A stretch of 64,000 bases of DNA from Fimicolochytrium jonesii. Taxonomy: Eukaryota. A program made the position numbers and the translations under genes. Positions 52,388 through 64,000 of the stretch are shown in pieces (positions within the stretch are counted from its first letter, which is position 1; each line of letters opens with the position of its first letter). The notes under the pieces are model-generated. The model was given only the letters and a program-made list of their open reading frames with translations, was not told the origin of the DNA and made no database searches. Location of the stretch: NCBI RefSeq assembly GCF_025526975.1, contig NW_026515669.1, forward strand, positions 1,116,001-1,180,000. The letters are read 5' to 3'.

Positions 52388-53770
52388 CTAATCGACATAC
52401 TTCAGTCCGGTGGGAATACGCGGCGGAGAACGGGTCGGCGGCGGCGGCGGTGCGACCTGGCTGCCGCGCTTCGGAGGTAGTGGTGATACTGGTTCCCCCG
52501 CAGATGGGGCAATTCGCACCCCACGCCGCATATCCGCCGGCACAATCTCCTCGGCCACCTTCACGGTCCTCTGCACAGGCACTGGTTGTTTGCGAGCGAT
52601 ATCCGCAGCCTTCAACAGCTCATCCAGCGAAGAAATATCTTCCCCAACCAACGGCGCACCCACGACGTCGCGCGAGGGGTTCCATTTCAGTTTCTCAGTC
52701 GCGGCAAAATGGTCCCAGAGCTCTGCCATCCCGAACACATGGCTTTTGCCGACGACTGCTACGATCGTTGGCCGCTCAACCCCGCGCTGCTCGACGCCTT
52801 CGGGAGTCAGAATCTTTGAAGCGATCGCCACGTCCCTTACGCAATTTCGTAACTGCTCAACCATCCCCGCGTTCCTAATCTCAAACCACCAAAAGTACGG
52901 GTTGGGGTAGAAGGATTTCCAGCATCGCATGTACATAGCATGATCCCGCACCGACGTCTGGTCCGCATTCGTCTCGGCGCCTACATCCCTCCGCCACCCA
53001 AAGGCGAGTTTCTGGATAATCCAAAACACCGCATTTCCCACCGCCGACGCCTTCCGCGAGGACGGGGGCAAAAGTCTATACCGCCGTATCAGTTTCTCAA
53101 TGAGCTGTGAATGAGCCGGGTTATTACGAAGGACGTTCGGGTGGATGTCGATAGCGCGGACAATGGCAGAGTGGCGGAGGGCGGAGTGAATCGCTGCCGC
53201 CATTTCGAGGCCGTAATGGAGGTGGTCGGAGGAGAGATGGAGGGCGGGGTCGAGGCCAAGGCGGGAAAGGGTGTCATGGTCTTTTGGGGTGAGGTTGGCG
53301 AAGGCTGGCGAGGCGGAGGAGTTTGGGCCGGAGGGCGATATGATGGTTTGGACGCCTCGTAATCGAGGCGGTATCCGCATATCAACACCGCCTGAGAGAG
53401 GGTCATCGGAGGGGCGTAGTACTACGGCGGCTTTAGCGACGCAGAGGTCCATACGGCTCTTATCCGTCTCTATGCACACCGCCGCGGGTTTCACATGATC
53501 TATAACACTGTTGACGCGGTCTATGGAGGCGGGCGAGCTGTGGTGGATACCGACGAGGTGTATGCGAATGCCGGTCTGGTTGTGCAGAAGCGGGTGATTG
53601 AGTGAGAGGGCGGTCCAGTCTGCGCTGGCCGTTGCGTAGAAAGGGTGCGAGGTGTCGACGAGTCGGGCTTGCGAAGACCCGGCGGTGGCGTGGAAGCAGC
53701 GTTGCAAGATGGGACTGCGGCGGGCCGACCGCACGACGACGAGGGCGGCGTTGCCGACGGTGGTCTTCAT
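52388..53770 (-). CDS. TraB/PrgY/GumN-family protein with mitochondrial presequence (intronless)
   Basis: RCFHAT presequence; IHLVGIHHSS...VKPAAVCIETDKSR, GLEMAAA, IRNAGM and IVAVVGKSHVFGM motifs. Confidence 0.82.
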   Translation of the reverse strand: MKTTVGNAALVVVRSARRSPILQRCFHATAGSSQARLVDTSHPFYATASADWTALSLNHPLLHNQTGIRIHLVGIHHSSPASIDRVNSVIDHVKPAAVCIETDKSRMDLCVAKAAVVLRPSDDPLSGGVDMRIPPRLRGVQTIISPSGPNSSASPAFANLTPKDHDTLSRLGLDPALHLSSDHLHYGLEMAAAIHSALRHSAIVRAIDIHPNVLRNNPAHSQLIEKLIRRYRLLPPSSRKASAVGNAVFWIIQKLAFGWRRDVGAETNADQTSVRDHAMYMRCWKSFYPNPYFWWFEIRNAGMVEQLRNCVRDVAIASKILTPEGVEQRGVERPTIVAVVGKSHVFGMAELWDHFAATEKLKWNPSRDVVGAPLVGEDISSLDELLKAADIARKQPVPVQRTVKVAEEIVPADMRRGVRIAPSAGEPVSPLPPKRGSQVAPPPPPTRSPPRIPTGLKYVD

Positions 53771-55557
53771 TGCTAGTCAAGTCGGTAGCGGTGGAGGGAT
53801 GAACGCCGGCTGTTTTCCAGGCCAACTCTGTCCTAACAAGTTTTGGGAGAAGTCTCACAACTCCACAAAGCGTCCCCTCTCTCCCTACAGAATCCACTTC
53901 ACCTTTCGCCCAAACGATCTCACATCCGGGCAGCAGCAGCAAGGACCGCTTCGACTCACCCATCAGGAGCATATCGCCGCCGGCTGCTTGAGGAAGACTG
54001 TAGGAGCTGCCAACGCCGCCGTGAACGCTGCGTCAATTTCATCCGCGTTAAGTATATATCTTCTTGGAATTAAAGAAACTCCAGCATGGAAAATGCTGCT
54101 TATGGTACGTGATCTGGCCAACATTTGTGGATGGGGCCGCGGAACCCCCAGAACGGTTGGGAGCACTCATGATGGTATGTCGTGTGCATTTGGGCAAGGA
54201 GGGGCGAAGGCGTCAGTCGAACTCTCCATCACCCAAGCGAAGAGGACGTTTCCAGGATCGATCTCGCGATGAGGGAAGACATCCCTACGCCCGTACACAA
54301 CCTGCTTCGGCAAGTGCCAACGACGCTGGAAGTGGGCAGCAACTGAAGAGGCGTCTACGCGGGCTTAACGATCTGATGGCCGCGATGGATAAGTGGGAAG
54401 CCAGAAATGGAAGGCATCTGCAAACGTATTCTTCCAGCCTATCTTCACCTCAAATCACGAGAACGTGCGGTTGGCAACGGTCAGCGTTTGCCCCTATCAT
54501 CCGTGTGTTTGTTGAGGACGGCGTAGTTGGACGGACCGTTTGCCATCGCTTGCTTCACCATATGCAGTTTGGGGAAGGAGGCTATGCGGAAGCCGCTTAT
54601 AATGGAGGGAGGGTGCAAACCACAGCATGCCAGAAGATTTTATGGCAGGGTCGGCCCTTACTGACTTGGTCTGATGATATTCCCATAGAAACTTGAACGA
54701 TGGCTTGGTATCATAATCACCTCATTTAGACGCTCCGCTTGGGAATAGTATAACCAGTCTAGTTCTAATGAGGTCCTCAATTTGTTTCTAACCTTTTCCT
54801 CCCTCAAGCTGTGTGGGGGGATCGTTGCAATCCTGCGCTTCCGTCTCTGCCCAAGGCGGCTGATGTCCTACCGGAACTGGGATATCAGCAAGGAGTGAAG
54901 CCGCGTCCGCCCCAACCTAGCAACCGGCTGGGAGATACGTAGGCTTGCAGGTGTTCTCGATTGTGCCGAGGTAGTTGTCACATGTACAGTGCAACATAAC
55001 ATCCGTCAAGGTGGGCCGAATGCACGATCCACCGACAGTGGTTGTTGCCGGAACTTCATACATAACCTCCCACTTCCGGAAGTTATTGTATCCCGTGAGG
55101 CAGATATGCTTACCCTTCCCTGTTTGTGTTGCTCCATTGGCTGACTTTTAGAATCGTGACAGCCTTGAGTGCTGATGCACGGCGGGGGCTAATATCACTT
55201 GCAACGCAGCAAGCCGCTATGTTCAGATGCAATCTTCCTCCTTGCGTCTCATTTCACGGCGCACCATCCACCCCCTCAGGCGCACGCCCCACAGCCTCCA
55301 ACGCCCGGTCGACGAATTCCCTAAAAACCTCGCTGTTCTGCAACGCATCTTCGTACGCTTTCTGCGGGTGTCATGTATACTGAATTGTTGCGAGCATGCC
55401 GCTTATTTGATGCATGAATGCCACCCGAAAGATAGACTTAGGATATAAACTCAATGCATACGCCGTCTCAACATTAAATTCATTCGCTGTCTGCATCTAC
55501 AGTATATCTACGCCATTAACATGTCCAGAACCTCTACATCCCTCCACCTTCCCCCAC

Positions 55558-56766
55558 TCACCTCCCCACAGCCTGCACCCCTCTCAGCACACCCACCGCC
55601 TCCCTCAACGCCTCCAGATCCTCCCTCATCTCCCAATTCCCCACAAAAACCCCATCAGCATCCAACGCCGCCTCACACACCATCCCAAGCTTTTCCTCGA
55701 AACACGTCGCGAAGGCGGCCGATTCGGCATGTGAGTGGGTTAGGTGGGAGAGGAAGGTTGGGAGGGGGGTGATGAGGGTGCGGAGGAAGGGGGTGTAATA
55801 GGTGGTGGTTGGGGATGGCACGGCGTGGATGGGGGATGTTGGGCATGGTGTTGGGAGAATGGTTACGGCGGAGGAGCAGGAGGAGGATGGGGAGACCGAT
55901 GAGTTGATGGAGATGTTGGAGCGGTCTATTGGCGATGGGACGGTGATGATTACCGGGCGACTAGAAGTGCGTGAGCGGGCTGTGGAGCGACGGTGGTGGT
56001 GCGTGTTGGGTACCGCGGTCCTGTGCGGGGCGGGTCGTTGGCGATGCATGCCCGCCACGACAGCCATAGAATGCGCGTACCGCAGCAAATTGCTCACGGC
56101 CTCTCCGTTTGGATCTCCGCTCATTCCGCCATGTGCGGCATGTGTGCCCCCAACGCTGTCCGCAAACGCCAGCTCCGCGTACATCTCCTCCCCAGACGAC
56201 GACGTATGCGACGCGGTAGTCATGGCAGGCCTATGTACATATACCTCGCCATTATCATTATCGTTCACCTCCATCTCATCCTCATCTCCCACCTCGGCCC
56301 ACGCCGCCGCCGCAGCAGCCGCCGCCCTTTCCAACAACCCATCCAACGCCGCCATATCTATCCCATCCGTCGCAAGCACAACAGCGCCAAGCGACAACCC
56401 ACTCTCATCACCCTGTTCCTGCTCTTCACCCTCACGAACTGCATCATACACGCCCTCAACTACGCGCCGTCCACGCACGACCGAGCCCGAGACTTCTATC
56501 GCGAGTTCGTCGCCCATCGTCAGCCTCGTCGGCGTCCTTCGGGAGTTGAGGGTGGTTGGCATGGGGATTACACCTTGGGAGTTTAAGTAAGTGGCGAATT
56601 GGGGCACGGGGCCTGGAGCGAGGTCGGCTGAGCGCCAGGAGCTTGCGGAGGAGGTGGGGCTGGTGGGAGATGTTGAGGCGTCGGTTGTTGTGGTTGTTGA
56701 GTTGGAGGTGTTCGAGAAGGTGCGGATGGGCCTTGCTGCCGACGGTGGAGGGAGTAGTTGGCCCAT
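55558..56766 (-). CDS. Hypothetical protein (~400 aa; may splice onward to ~55260)
   Basis: Long ORF with Ser/Thr/Pro-rich and helical C-terminal regions. A GTGAGT donor overlaps the apparent stop, and a coding-like frame KAYEDALQNSEVFREF lies downstream. Confidence 0.55.
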   Translation of the reverse strand: MGQLLPPPSAARPIRTFSNTSNSTTTTTDASTSPTSPTSSASSWRSADLAPGPVPQFATYLNSQGVIPMPTTLNSRRTPTRLTMGDELAIEVSGSVVRGRRVVEGVYDAVREGEEQEQGDESGLSLGAVVLATDGIDMAALDGLLERAAAAAAAAWAEVGDEDEMEVNDNDNGEVYVHRPAMTTASHTSSSGEEMYAELAFADSVGGTHAAHGGMSGDPNGEAVSNLLRYAHSMAVVAGMHRQRPAPHRTAVPNTHHHRRSTARSRTSSRPVIITVPSPIDRSNISINSSVSPSSSCSSAVTILPTPCPTSPIHAVPSPTTTYYTPFLRTLITPLPTFLSHLTHSHAESAAFATCFEEKLGMVCEAALDADGVFVGNWEMREDLEALREAVGVLRGVQAVGR

Positions 56767-57161
56767 GGCTATGTGGTGGAAGGAACGATTTTGTATGGCT
56801 TCGAGAAGAGTCGTAACGTTCAGCACTGATAGAGAGTGATGCCTTGAAAGGCACGGGGAAGCCAAAGCTGGTTGTCACTGAAAGTGAAAAGCACAAGGTG
56901 GAGGCCCCGCACAAGGTCGCCATTAAGAGTCTCCGGCCAAGAACAAAAGCGCTCGTCGGCTCTTTTGCGGCCAGCGGAGCAAGACGGCGACACCTCAACT
57001 CGTGATGTCTACAATGGGGCGCGCTGTCGTTTGAGGGTTTGCGGCCGGTGTAGCCAAGAATAGAAAGACCAGAAGAAAGGCCAAAGCACATCGGAGTTGG
57101 AAGTCAGGACGCGTCACGGAAGGGTTATCTCTTTGGAATGTTCCAAGGGAGAAGTACCTTT

Positions 57162-57219
57162 TACCAAGGGTCAACTCTCGAGGTACCCTTGGACCTGGTA
57201 CCAAGGGTCAACTCTCGAG
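57162..57219. repeat. 21-nt direct repeat x2 with partly palindromic spacer
   Basis: TACCAAGGGTCAACTCTCGAG at 57162-57182 and 57199-57219. Confidence 0.8.
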
Positions 57220-57919
57220 CAACAAGCCCATGGATGGAACTTCATAATTTCTCAACGACGGGTAGCCCCTTTCGCATCCATCACTGTGCTCGTACTTCTT
57301 AGTTCATGTTCGCAGAGGACCATCACCACTCCACATCGAATCCCGTCACCATACGCCCAATGTGAGATGTGTAGGCTTTCTGACAGCAAGAGCCAACACA
57401 GCAACTGCTCGGCAACGCATATCAAAACTGGGGAATAAAGTGCGTCTCCTCGTGATTTAGAGAAGCGTTCAAGTGTGCTCATGAACCCCTGCGGAATACC
57501 TGCAAGGGAAAAAGGGTCGTCGCTGCCGTAAGGAGGGAAAGAGCACCCATGGGAACTCTTTGAGAGCAGGGATGAGCCCTGCAATGGGGTAATCGTTGAC
57601 CAATACACAAAGCAGAATGTCAGGGATGAAGTCGGACTCCTTCTGTGCCTCACCGGGTCCACCAGGGATGAGCGACCTTCCCGAGAAAGATTACTGGCAA
57701 GAGAAGGTTCTTTCATACGGGTTCAATTCACATCGTGTCCGCTGCAAAAGCGTTGGGCTTCCCGATCAAGGGACGCTGTGCAGACAATGTCACAATATCT
57801 CAACGGTCCCTGTACATATTTCAGTTCTTCACAAGCATTTTGATCCCTTTTTTCCCGCCTGTTGGATTCTTTGATTCGTTCTCTTTTGCCCTGGCGGTAG
57901 ATTGTCACGCTTGACGGTT

Positions 57920-57973
57920 GAATCGCAGCGACGCGTTTCCCTTGTGGAAGAATCGCAGCGACGCGTTTTCCCT
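57920..57973. repeat. ~23-nt direct repeat x2
   Basis: GAATCGCAGCGACGCGTTT(T)CCCT twice, 30 nt apart. Confidence 0.8.
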
Positions 57974-60793
57974 GCGTGCATTCTTGTCCACATCACTTAC
58001 GTAGAAAGGGGCCACGCCTGGGTCCGCCGCGAGAAGAAATCAACCCCCAACAGGTAAGCAGACACACGCAGAAGGCGAGGGAGGGTCGCAGCGGGGATAA
58101 TCCCTGCGTGCATTCTTTTTTGCAGACACCCACACATCTACCAGCTCCCCTCCATGGATCCAGCCTGTTCCACCCGCCGTCAAGCCTGCATGCAGGCTCT
58201 GCGCAAGGTGCAAACGCGAGTCCAAAATCGTCTATAAAAGATACCTCGCTCGCCGTTCCCTTCTCACTTTTTCCTCAGCAACTGGCTTTCACTGAAGCAC
58301 TCAGACAACACGGCATTGGGCCCGTGCCCTACCTAGTGGGGGTCCCTTGGGGGTCGATTAGTTACACCCGAGCACTTGCGGTATAGGTGCACCTCTCTGG
58401 TAATGGTTCTGCCTTCGGGGACCGGAGGAGAAGACGAGGACTTGTTTGTGTGCGGAGATCCATCATGTCAGATTCGTGCTTGCACGGGTCTGGCACGGTC
58501 CTTTCGCCGCTAGGTGTGAGCCACTTGCTTCTGTATTGCCTTCCGACAAGCACCTCCGAATCAAGCTCAAGATCCAAGCGTCACCTCCTCACTTCCAGGT
58601 ATGTTCGAACAATCGACGTCGCACGTGCTGCTCTGATCATCGGCTCATACTTCCCTCTTCTTCGCCTCTTAGTCCCACGTCGCTCGCCATCGCCGGAATT
58701 TAGTGGTATAACGCTCTTCGTTGTGTGATCTGCTCATCATTCTTCTCTCCTCTTTTGTAGGCGGGAACCCATCTGGACAGCCTTCTCGCGGCGGTTCCTG
58801 TGAGTACTCAGCTTTCGCTGGGGAAACCAATGGTCCAGCAAGACGTCTACTCATTCTGTTGTAGTGCTCTCACATTGTATTCACCTACATATCTAAACCT
58901 ACATATACAATCGCAATAATATACCTTTGAGGTGCTTCTCCAGCCCATTCGTGCCTCTCGTCGAGAGCCAACTTTCTGGCACTTGAAAAAGGTGTGCGTT
59001 AGTGTGTTAGAGGGTCCGGATGGGAACCAGGGTGGGAACGCTTGCTTTGGGATATTTGCCCGAGCGGTTCGGACGCGCGAGAGCGCTTCCATGTCCATTC
59101 CTGCTGCCTTAGTGTGGGCTTCTGCTCCATGTACAAAGTGTAATCCTAGCACGTACTCGATTTCCTGCGGAATAGGGCAGTAGAACCTACAAGGGCAGTG
59201 TGGAAGCCGGTCGGTGTCCACTTCATATTACGGTCATATTACGGTATAGCCTGGGGGGCACACATGTGCCTAGTTACTTGAACTGATGGACTGATTTCGC
59301 ACTACTCTTCAAATATCGCCCCGGGATCCACGCATCAACCATATCCAAACAGGTCTCATAGACGGGACATACCAGCCGGCGGCCTTCGCGGGTCAATTCT
59401 CCTATAAATGCGGAAGAAGTCAGCTGGCTCGCCACCCAATCACGTATTTAGACTCGTCATTGAGCGAAGTGCTCATACGAATAAGGGCAAGCTCATCCGA
59501 GAGGCAGCGCTTGCCCCGAAACTGGACGCCCAAGAAAGGCTTTCTTGATGATGCTGCGCTCCTGCTCCACTTACAAGCGAACCAAAGTTGAATGTTGCCG
59601 AGCGTTACGCGTTACACCAATCAAGGGCTTCTTGTCTGGGTCTTACTCCCGACACGGGATATGTTATGACATCTCCTGGATGGAGGATGGAGCATGATTC
59701 GGCTCGTCGTGCGTGGGACTCCTAGCACCTGAAGTTATCTGGTGCGCTATCTGCAAAAGCGAGTAGATAGTGGAAAAGGTTGTTAGCAGAGACCGGGCAG
59801 TTCGCCGCCGGGGCATCTCCAGGGTCGACACGACCACCGTACGGACGAACGGTGCACCTCGCATCGGCAAATACCATTGCCGAGATTAGCCAGCAAGCAA
59901 GAAGTCACACGGCAGAACGGCAGCCATTGCGGCCGAGAGGGACCCATCCCCTGTACCTTGATGCCAGCGAGGATAGCGGGAAGTACGTCAAACACAGCAA
60001 GAACTACAACATGGACTGCCGTTTTGAAACCATAGACGACGCGCTGAGCGGCGTTGTTGCGGTCAGTTGTTAATGGGACTATCAATGGGAAGGGTTGTCA
60101 ACAGAAAGAGCCGGGGTGTGAATGGGGTCGGAGCGGCGAGTGTTGATGACGGTCGAGAACCATGGAAAAAATCGGAGGCCGGATGGGGCTGCTCACCAAC
60201 GATCCGGCTGTCTGGACCGGCATCAACGAGGGGACCCGTCCAGCAGGACTTCCGATGGGAGAATGAGAGAGGAGCTTGCATTTGATGGTAGTGTGGCAGG
60301 AACAAGAAAACATGGCAGGCTACCTTCTGGCGCGAGTGCATTTGGTTGGTTGGACCCAGGCGGCTTATGCCTCTGTTCATATTGCACCAGCAAAGAGGAT
60401 TACCCCGCACTGGTATCTTTGCTCCATGTCATGAATTATTTCACCAGCTACATGCCCGAGGTCGGAAAGGATATGGAACACGCTAAACGGACCCCTTCTC
60501 TTCCACATCTCTGTAAAAGATCTGTAACGAGTCCTTCGCATGGCACCGCCCAATATACCGCTGGACAGCAATCAGCAAACGGACAACCAACGTTACACCC
60601 CAACACATGAACCGTGAGATTATGTCCTGGTTTCACATACATCGGTCCGGCCCGAATACATATACCCAATTCGCTGTAAAACCCGACAATAACCATCGCC
60701 GCCGCTGAGAATGGGATCCGAATCAGGTTTCTGTATTATGTATCCAAACTCAACGTGTAAGAATACATCCAAACCCCCCCGCCGCACCCCCTC

Positions 60794-63459
60794 CTACCCC
60801 CCACTCTCGACCCCAACCCCCTCCAACTCCTCCAAAACCCTCCGTGCAGTCCACCTCCCCCCCGGATCCACTGCTAAACACCCTTCAAGGATGCCCACAA
60901 TCCTCTCCTCGACATACGCATCCCCCGCTAGAAACTTCACGGGAGGCCCTCCTTCATTCTTGTGATGTGATTGCGCTCGGGCGACGGTGAAGGCGGCGCG
61001 GAGGCCTTCGACCCCGACACCGCGTTGGAGCCCGGATTCGAAGAAGCCTTTGCGGGCGCCCATGAAGAGCTGGGTGGCGGTGCGGGCGAGGGGGAAGGGT
61101 TCAATTCCTGTGAGGAGTGTATACAGCGTCACACCTAACGAATATACGTCAACGGGAAATGAGTACGCCGCGTCGTCTGGATCCGCTTCGCTAGTCACAT
61201 CCGCGGACTTCATTGAACTGCCCGAAGACCGGCCAAAGAGTTCGGGCGCGGTGTAAGCTGTTGTGCCGCGGCCGAGGCCGGAGTGGAGGGTTTGGGAGTC
61301 CGGAAAGGTTGGGGAGCCCGGGGTGATGGGGCCGTGGAGGTGTGGATCTTTTGGGTCGGTGGAGGTGGGTATGAGGAGTTTGAGGGTTGGGCGGGGTTGG
61401 GGTGGATTTGTGTTTGAGGCGGCTGGGGTTGTGGTGATTGAGAGGGTTGGGAGGGCGGGTGGGGTTGAGAGTTGTGCTGGGGCGGTGGTTTGTTTGTTTG
61501 AAGTGGCTGGATTGGACTCTGATGATGTTGGCGGTGCCTCTCGAGGCAGTGCTTCCGTGTCGGACATGGAGGTGTACGGTGGCGGCCCGTCACCGAACAT
61601 GCCCATGGTCGCCTGCTGCTCTGGAACAAAGCAGGCGTTTCCGAAATCGGCTAACCGTACGTCCAGGAAGTCGGTAAGCTGCGGAATCACGGGATAGGGG
61701 TAAGTAACTCAATACTGACGTGCGTCATGCGTCAATTGGCAGATTTCCCTAGGCATACCAAAACATTGTGCGGCTTAATATCATGATGCACAATCCCCTC
61801 CGCATGCATACAGGCGATAGCGCTAGCAAGCTGCCGTGCCCATTTGACCCACAACCGTTTCCCAACACTCTGCTTGTTCCGCTGCACCCATTCCCACATG
61901 TCGCCTTTCGGGAGATATTCCAGCAAGATGAGCAGTCTGGGCGACGGGTCGATCGTTTTGGAATCTGATAAGGTGCGCTTTTTGGTTTGTGGGCGTGATT
62001 CCAAAGTCGGGTTCTCGGCCGAAGAAGCCAGCTGGGCTTTGACATTCGGGTTGTCAACGTCCGCCTCGTCTTTGACCCCAATCAACTTCACGATATTCGG
62101 ATGCAACGGCGAAAGCTTGCGAAGAATGCAGACCTCCGAAAGCCCAACCGACTGTGACTCCAGGGTATTGTGCAGCCGTTTGACAGCGCAAGGGTGGAAG
62201 TTCCCAGATGAAGGTACGAGCGGATCTGAACTCTCCAGGTCCGGTAGGCCCGACTGTGGCGGCCGAGGTGAGGATGCAGGGAAGGGTGTTTTTTCGGGAG
62301 ACGAGTCCGTTACGGTATAGTAGCCCAGATAGACCTGGGCGTATCGGCCCTCCCCGAGAAAATTGCGACGCGTGGGGAGGAAGGTGAGGTTGATGTTGTC
62401 CCACTTTGCGGGCGAGACAATGACCTGCGGCCTGTCTCGCGCCTTTCGCCGGCGAGCTTCTTCAGCGGCCGCTCGGAGTTTCGCTGATGGGGCTGGCGTT
62501 GCTTCCGATGAAGGAGATAGCAGTGCCGGTGATGTCAATGCTTCCGTGTCCGGGTCCACAGGTCGCTTCCGAACTGTGACAATGGGCGTCACCTTGAACT
62601 GACTCTCATCCAAGTCCACAAAGCCACGTCGGCCGGATGTATTCGCGTCGGTCAGGAAAACGGCCTCGTTGTCTATTGCCGGCGGCGATGCGATTGATGG
62701 CGTTACTGCTGGAGGGGTCGGAAGTGATAGCGGAACGGTCATGGATGAGCTGTAAGGGGATCCCTGACCGTAGTATGTCTTGCCAGTGGAAGGAGGCTGG
62801 GCATGTGGAGGTGGATAGTACTGATGCGGCGAGCGTGGTGACGTCCCCGCGTACGTGAGTTCGTCGCTATTGATTAGACGTCCCTGTCGAAGCGCGCTCA
62901 ATTCGTTTGCGTCCATGTTTACCGCTGGTTTAGAGATGGTATGTGACATTTCAAAGATCGAGTTCTTGCTCCGTGGTGTGTCAGCTGGCGTGGAAGCTGA
63001 ATTGGGCCGATTGCTTTGTGGAGTGGGCGCATCACGCTGCCGCTGTTTCGGAGTGTCTACTTGCGGCGAGAGCAAGCCATGAAATATGGAGCCCTCCCTG
63101 AAAGCCGAAGCAAATATGTCATTTTTCATCGTGCCCGGCGTCCCACTGGATTCTGCTTTCCGCTCCGCATCGTGGTACGGTGGAGGTGGGGGAGAAGTAG
63201 GGAGAGGCTCTGCGGGTTCGAGTCTCGCACTCTTCTCTTCTGAAAAGACAAAGTCCGCTGCTTCGTTCTGTTGCTTGCGGAAAGGCTCATACACTTGTTC
63301 AATCTCCACAAAAGCTCTGCGGGCGCCGGAGTTTGCGTCGAAGGTCGGGACAAAGGGAGGCGCCGGACTCGTGGACCGAAGAGCGGAGAGGTTGAGAGGC
63401 GATGGTTGAGGCAAGTTATGAGTAGAAGATGGTGTCTTGGCGGCGGTGCCGTCGGTCAT
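60794..63459 (-). CDS. Ser/Thr protein kinase (non-RD) with long N-terminal extension; intron 61679-61758
   Basis: LGEGRYAQV, AVK, HPNIVKLIG, LEY, IVHHDIKPHNVL, LADFG, GTTAYTAPE and DVYSLG kinase subdomains. Confidence 0.9.
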
Positions 63460-64000
63460 CGTGCTTTGCACAATGTACACCCGTCAAGAGATCACGGCGG
63501 AGTGCCGACAGAACAAGCTGCGGACTGAAGGAACCCCTCCGGAAGGCGGACACAGCAGTAAGATAAGACCGCTCGGCCCTCTGCGAGAGTTGAAGGCGGG
63601 TGAGCTCAAGACCTAACCTGTTGAGCTGTTGCAATAACGACGGGCGAGCGAGGGATAGTGGTCCTGCAGTTTTCCGACCAAGAAAGAGCCTCCCGTTTCC
63701 GCACACGCGCCCAACAAAGTGCAGGGTAATTTGTGGCCCCATCGGCCGCCCGTTAGATTGTGCCATTTCCATCCCATTTCCATCCCGCGTGCAACAGCAA
63801 CAGCCACTTCTGCACAGCCAGGACAGGACAGGACAGGGACGAAGTACATGGACCTGTGCATTGACACCGCTGAGGACGCAGAGTGGCGTGAGGACGTCGC
63901 CTTAGTCCTCGCGACCATGCGCCTCCCAGACGAAGGTTTGCTCTCGCCATCTTGCCAAATCTTCCACCGCTCAGCACAGTGTCATTCACTCCCAATTCCT

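Noticed and set aside
23655..53770. Cluster of mitochondrial-function genes (COX5, LIP2, mtHMG, HCCS, TraB)
   Set aside because: They are interspersed with unrelated genes, and the density is compatible with chance.
54064..54696. 210-aa ORF
   Set aside because: Non-ATG start, no recognisable domain and no supporting gene structure.
57162..57219. CRISPR-like repeat-spacer-repeat
   Set aside because: Only two copies with a 16-nt spacer, in a eukaryotic context with no cas genes.
63212..63228. T-arm-like GCGGGTTCGAGTCTCGC
   Set aside because: It lies antisense within the kinase coding exon and has no D or anticodon arms.

Overview
Intron-rich, gene-dense eukaryotic nuclear DNA with short GT-AG introns and CTAAC/CTGAC branch sites. 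It is most consistent with a flagellated early-diverging fungus (chytrid-like): fungal-type THI20, COX5, BUD22 and vezatin occur together with centriolar OFD1, TPX2 and dihydropteridine reductase. About 21 protein-coding genes were reconstructed by manual splicing: the PSMD5/Hsm3 3' end, THI20, U2AF65, a DUF1365 protein, QDPR, an OSCA/TMEM63 channel, an F-box protein, a CorA-family transporter, a small membrane protein, COX5, a Cys-rich tail protein, TPX2, a mitochondrial HMG-box protein, ERB1, a TLDc protein, vezatin, HCCS, BUD22, OFD1, a TraB-domain protein, a Ser/Thr kinase and a few hypotheticals. There is also an intron-retaining LIP2 pseudogene. No CRISPR, rRNA or intact transposon was seen. 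The most notable observations are: alternating C/A-rich and G/T-rich blocks at synonymous sites, phased with introns; an atypical tRNA-like cloverleaf upstream of BUD22; a mitochondrial two-HMG protein with a histone-H1-like tail; a CorA protein with GIN instead of GMN; the decayed LIP2; and 5-nt and 9-nt micro-exons in QDPR. All family calls come from motif recognition by eye, without database searches, and exon boundaries are manual.
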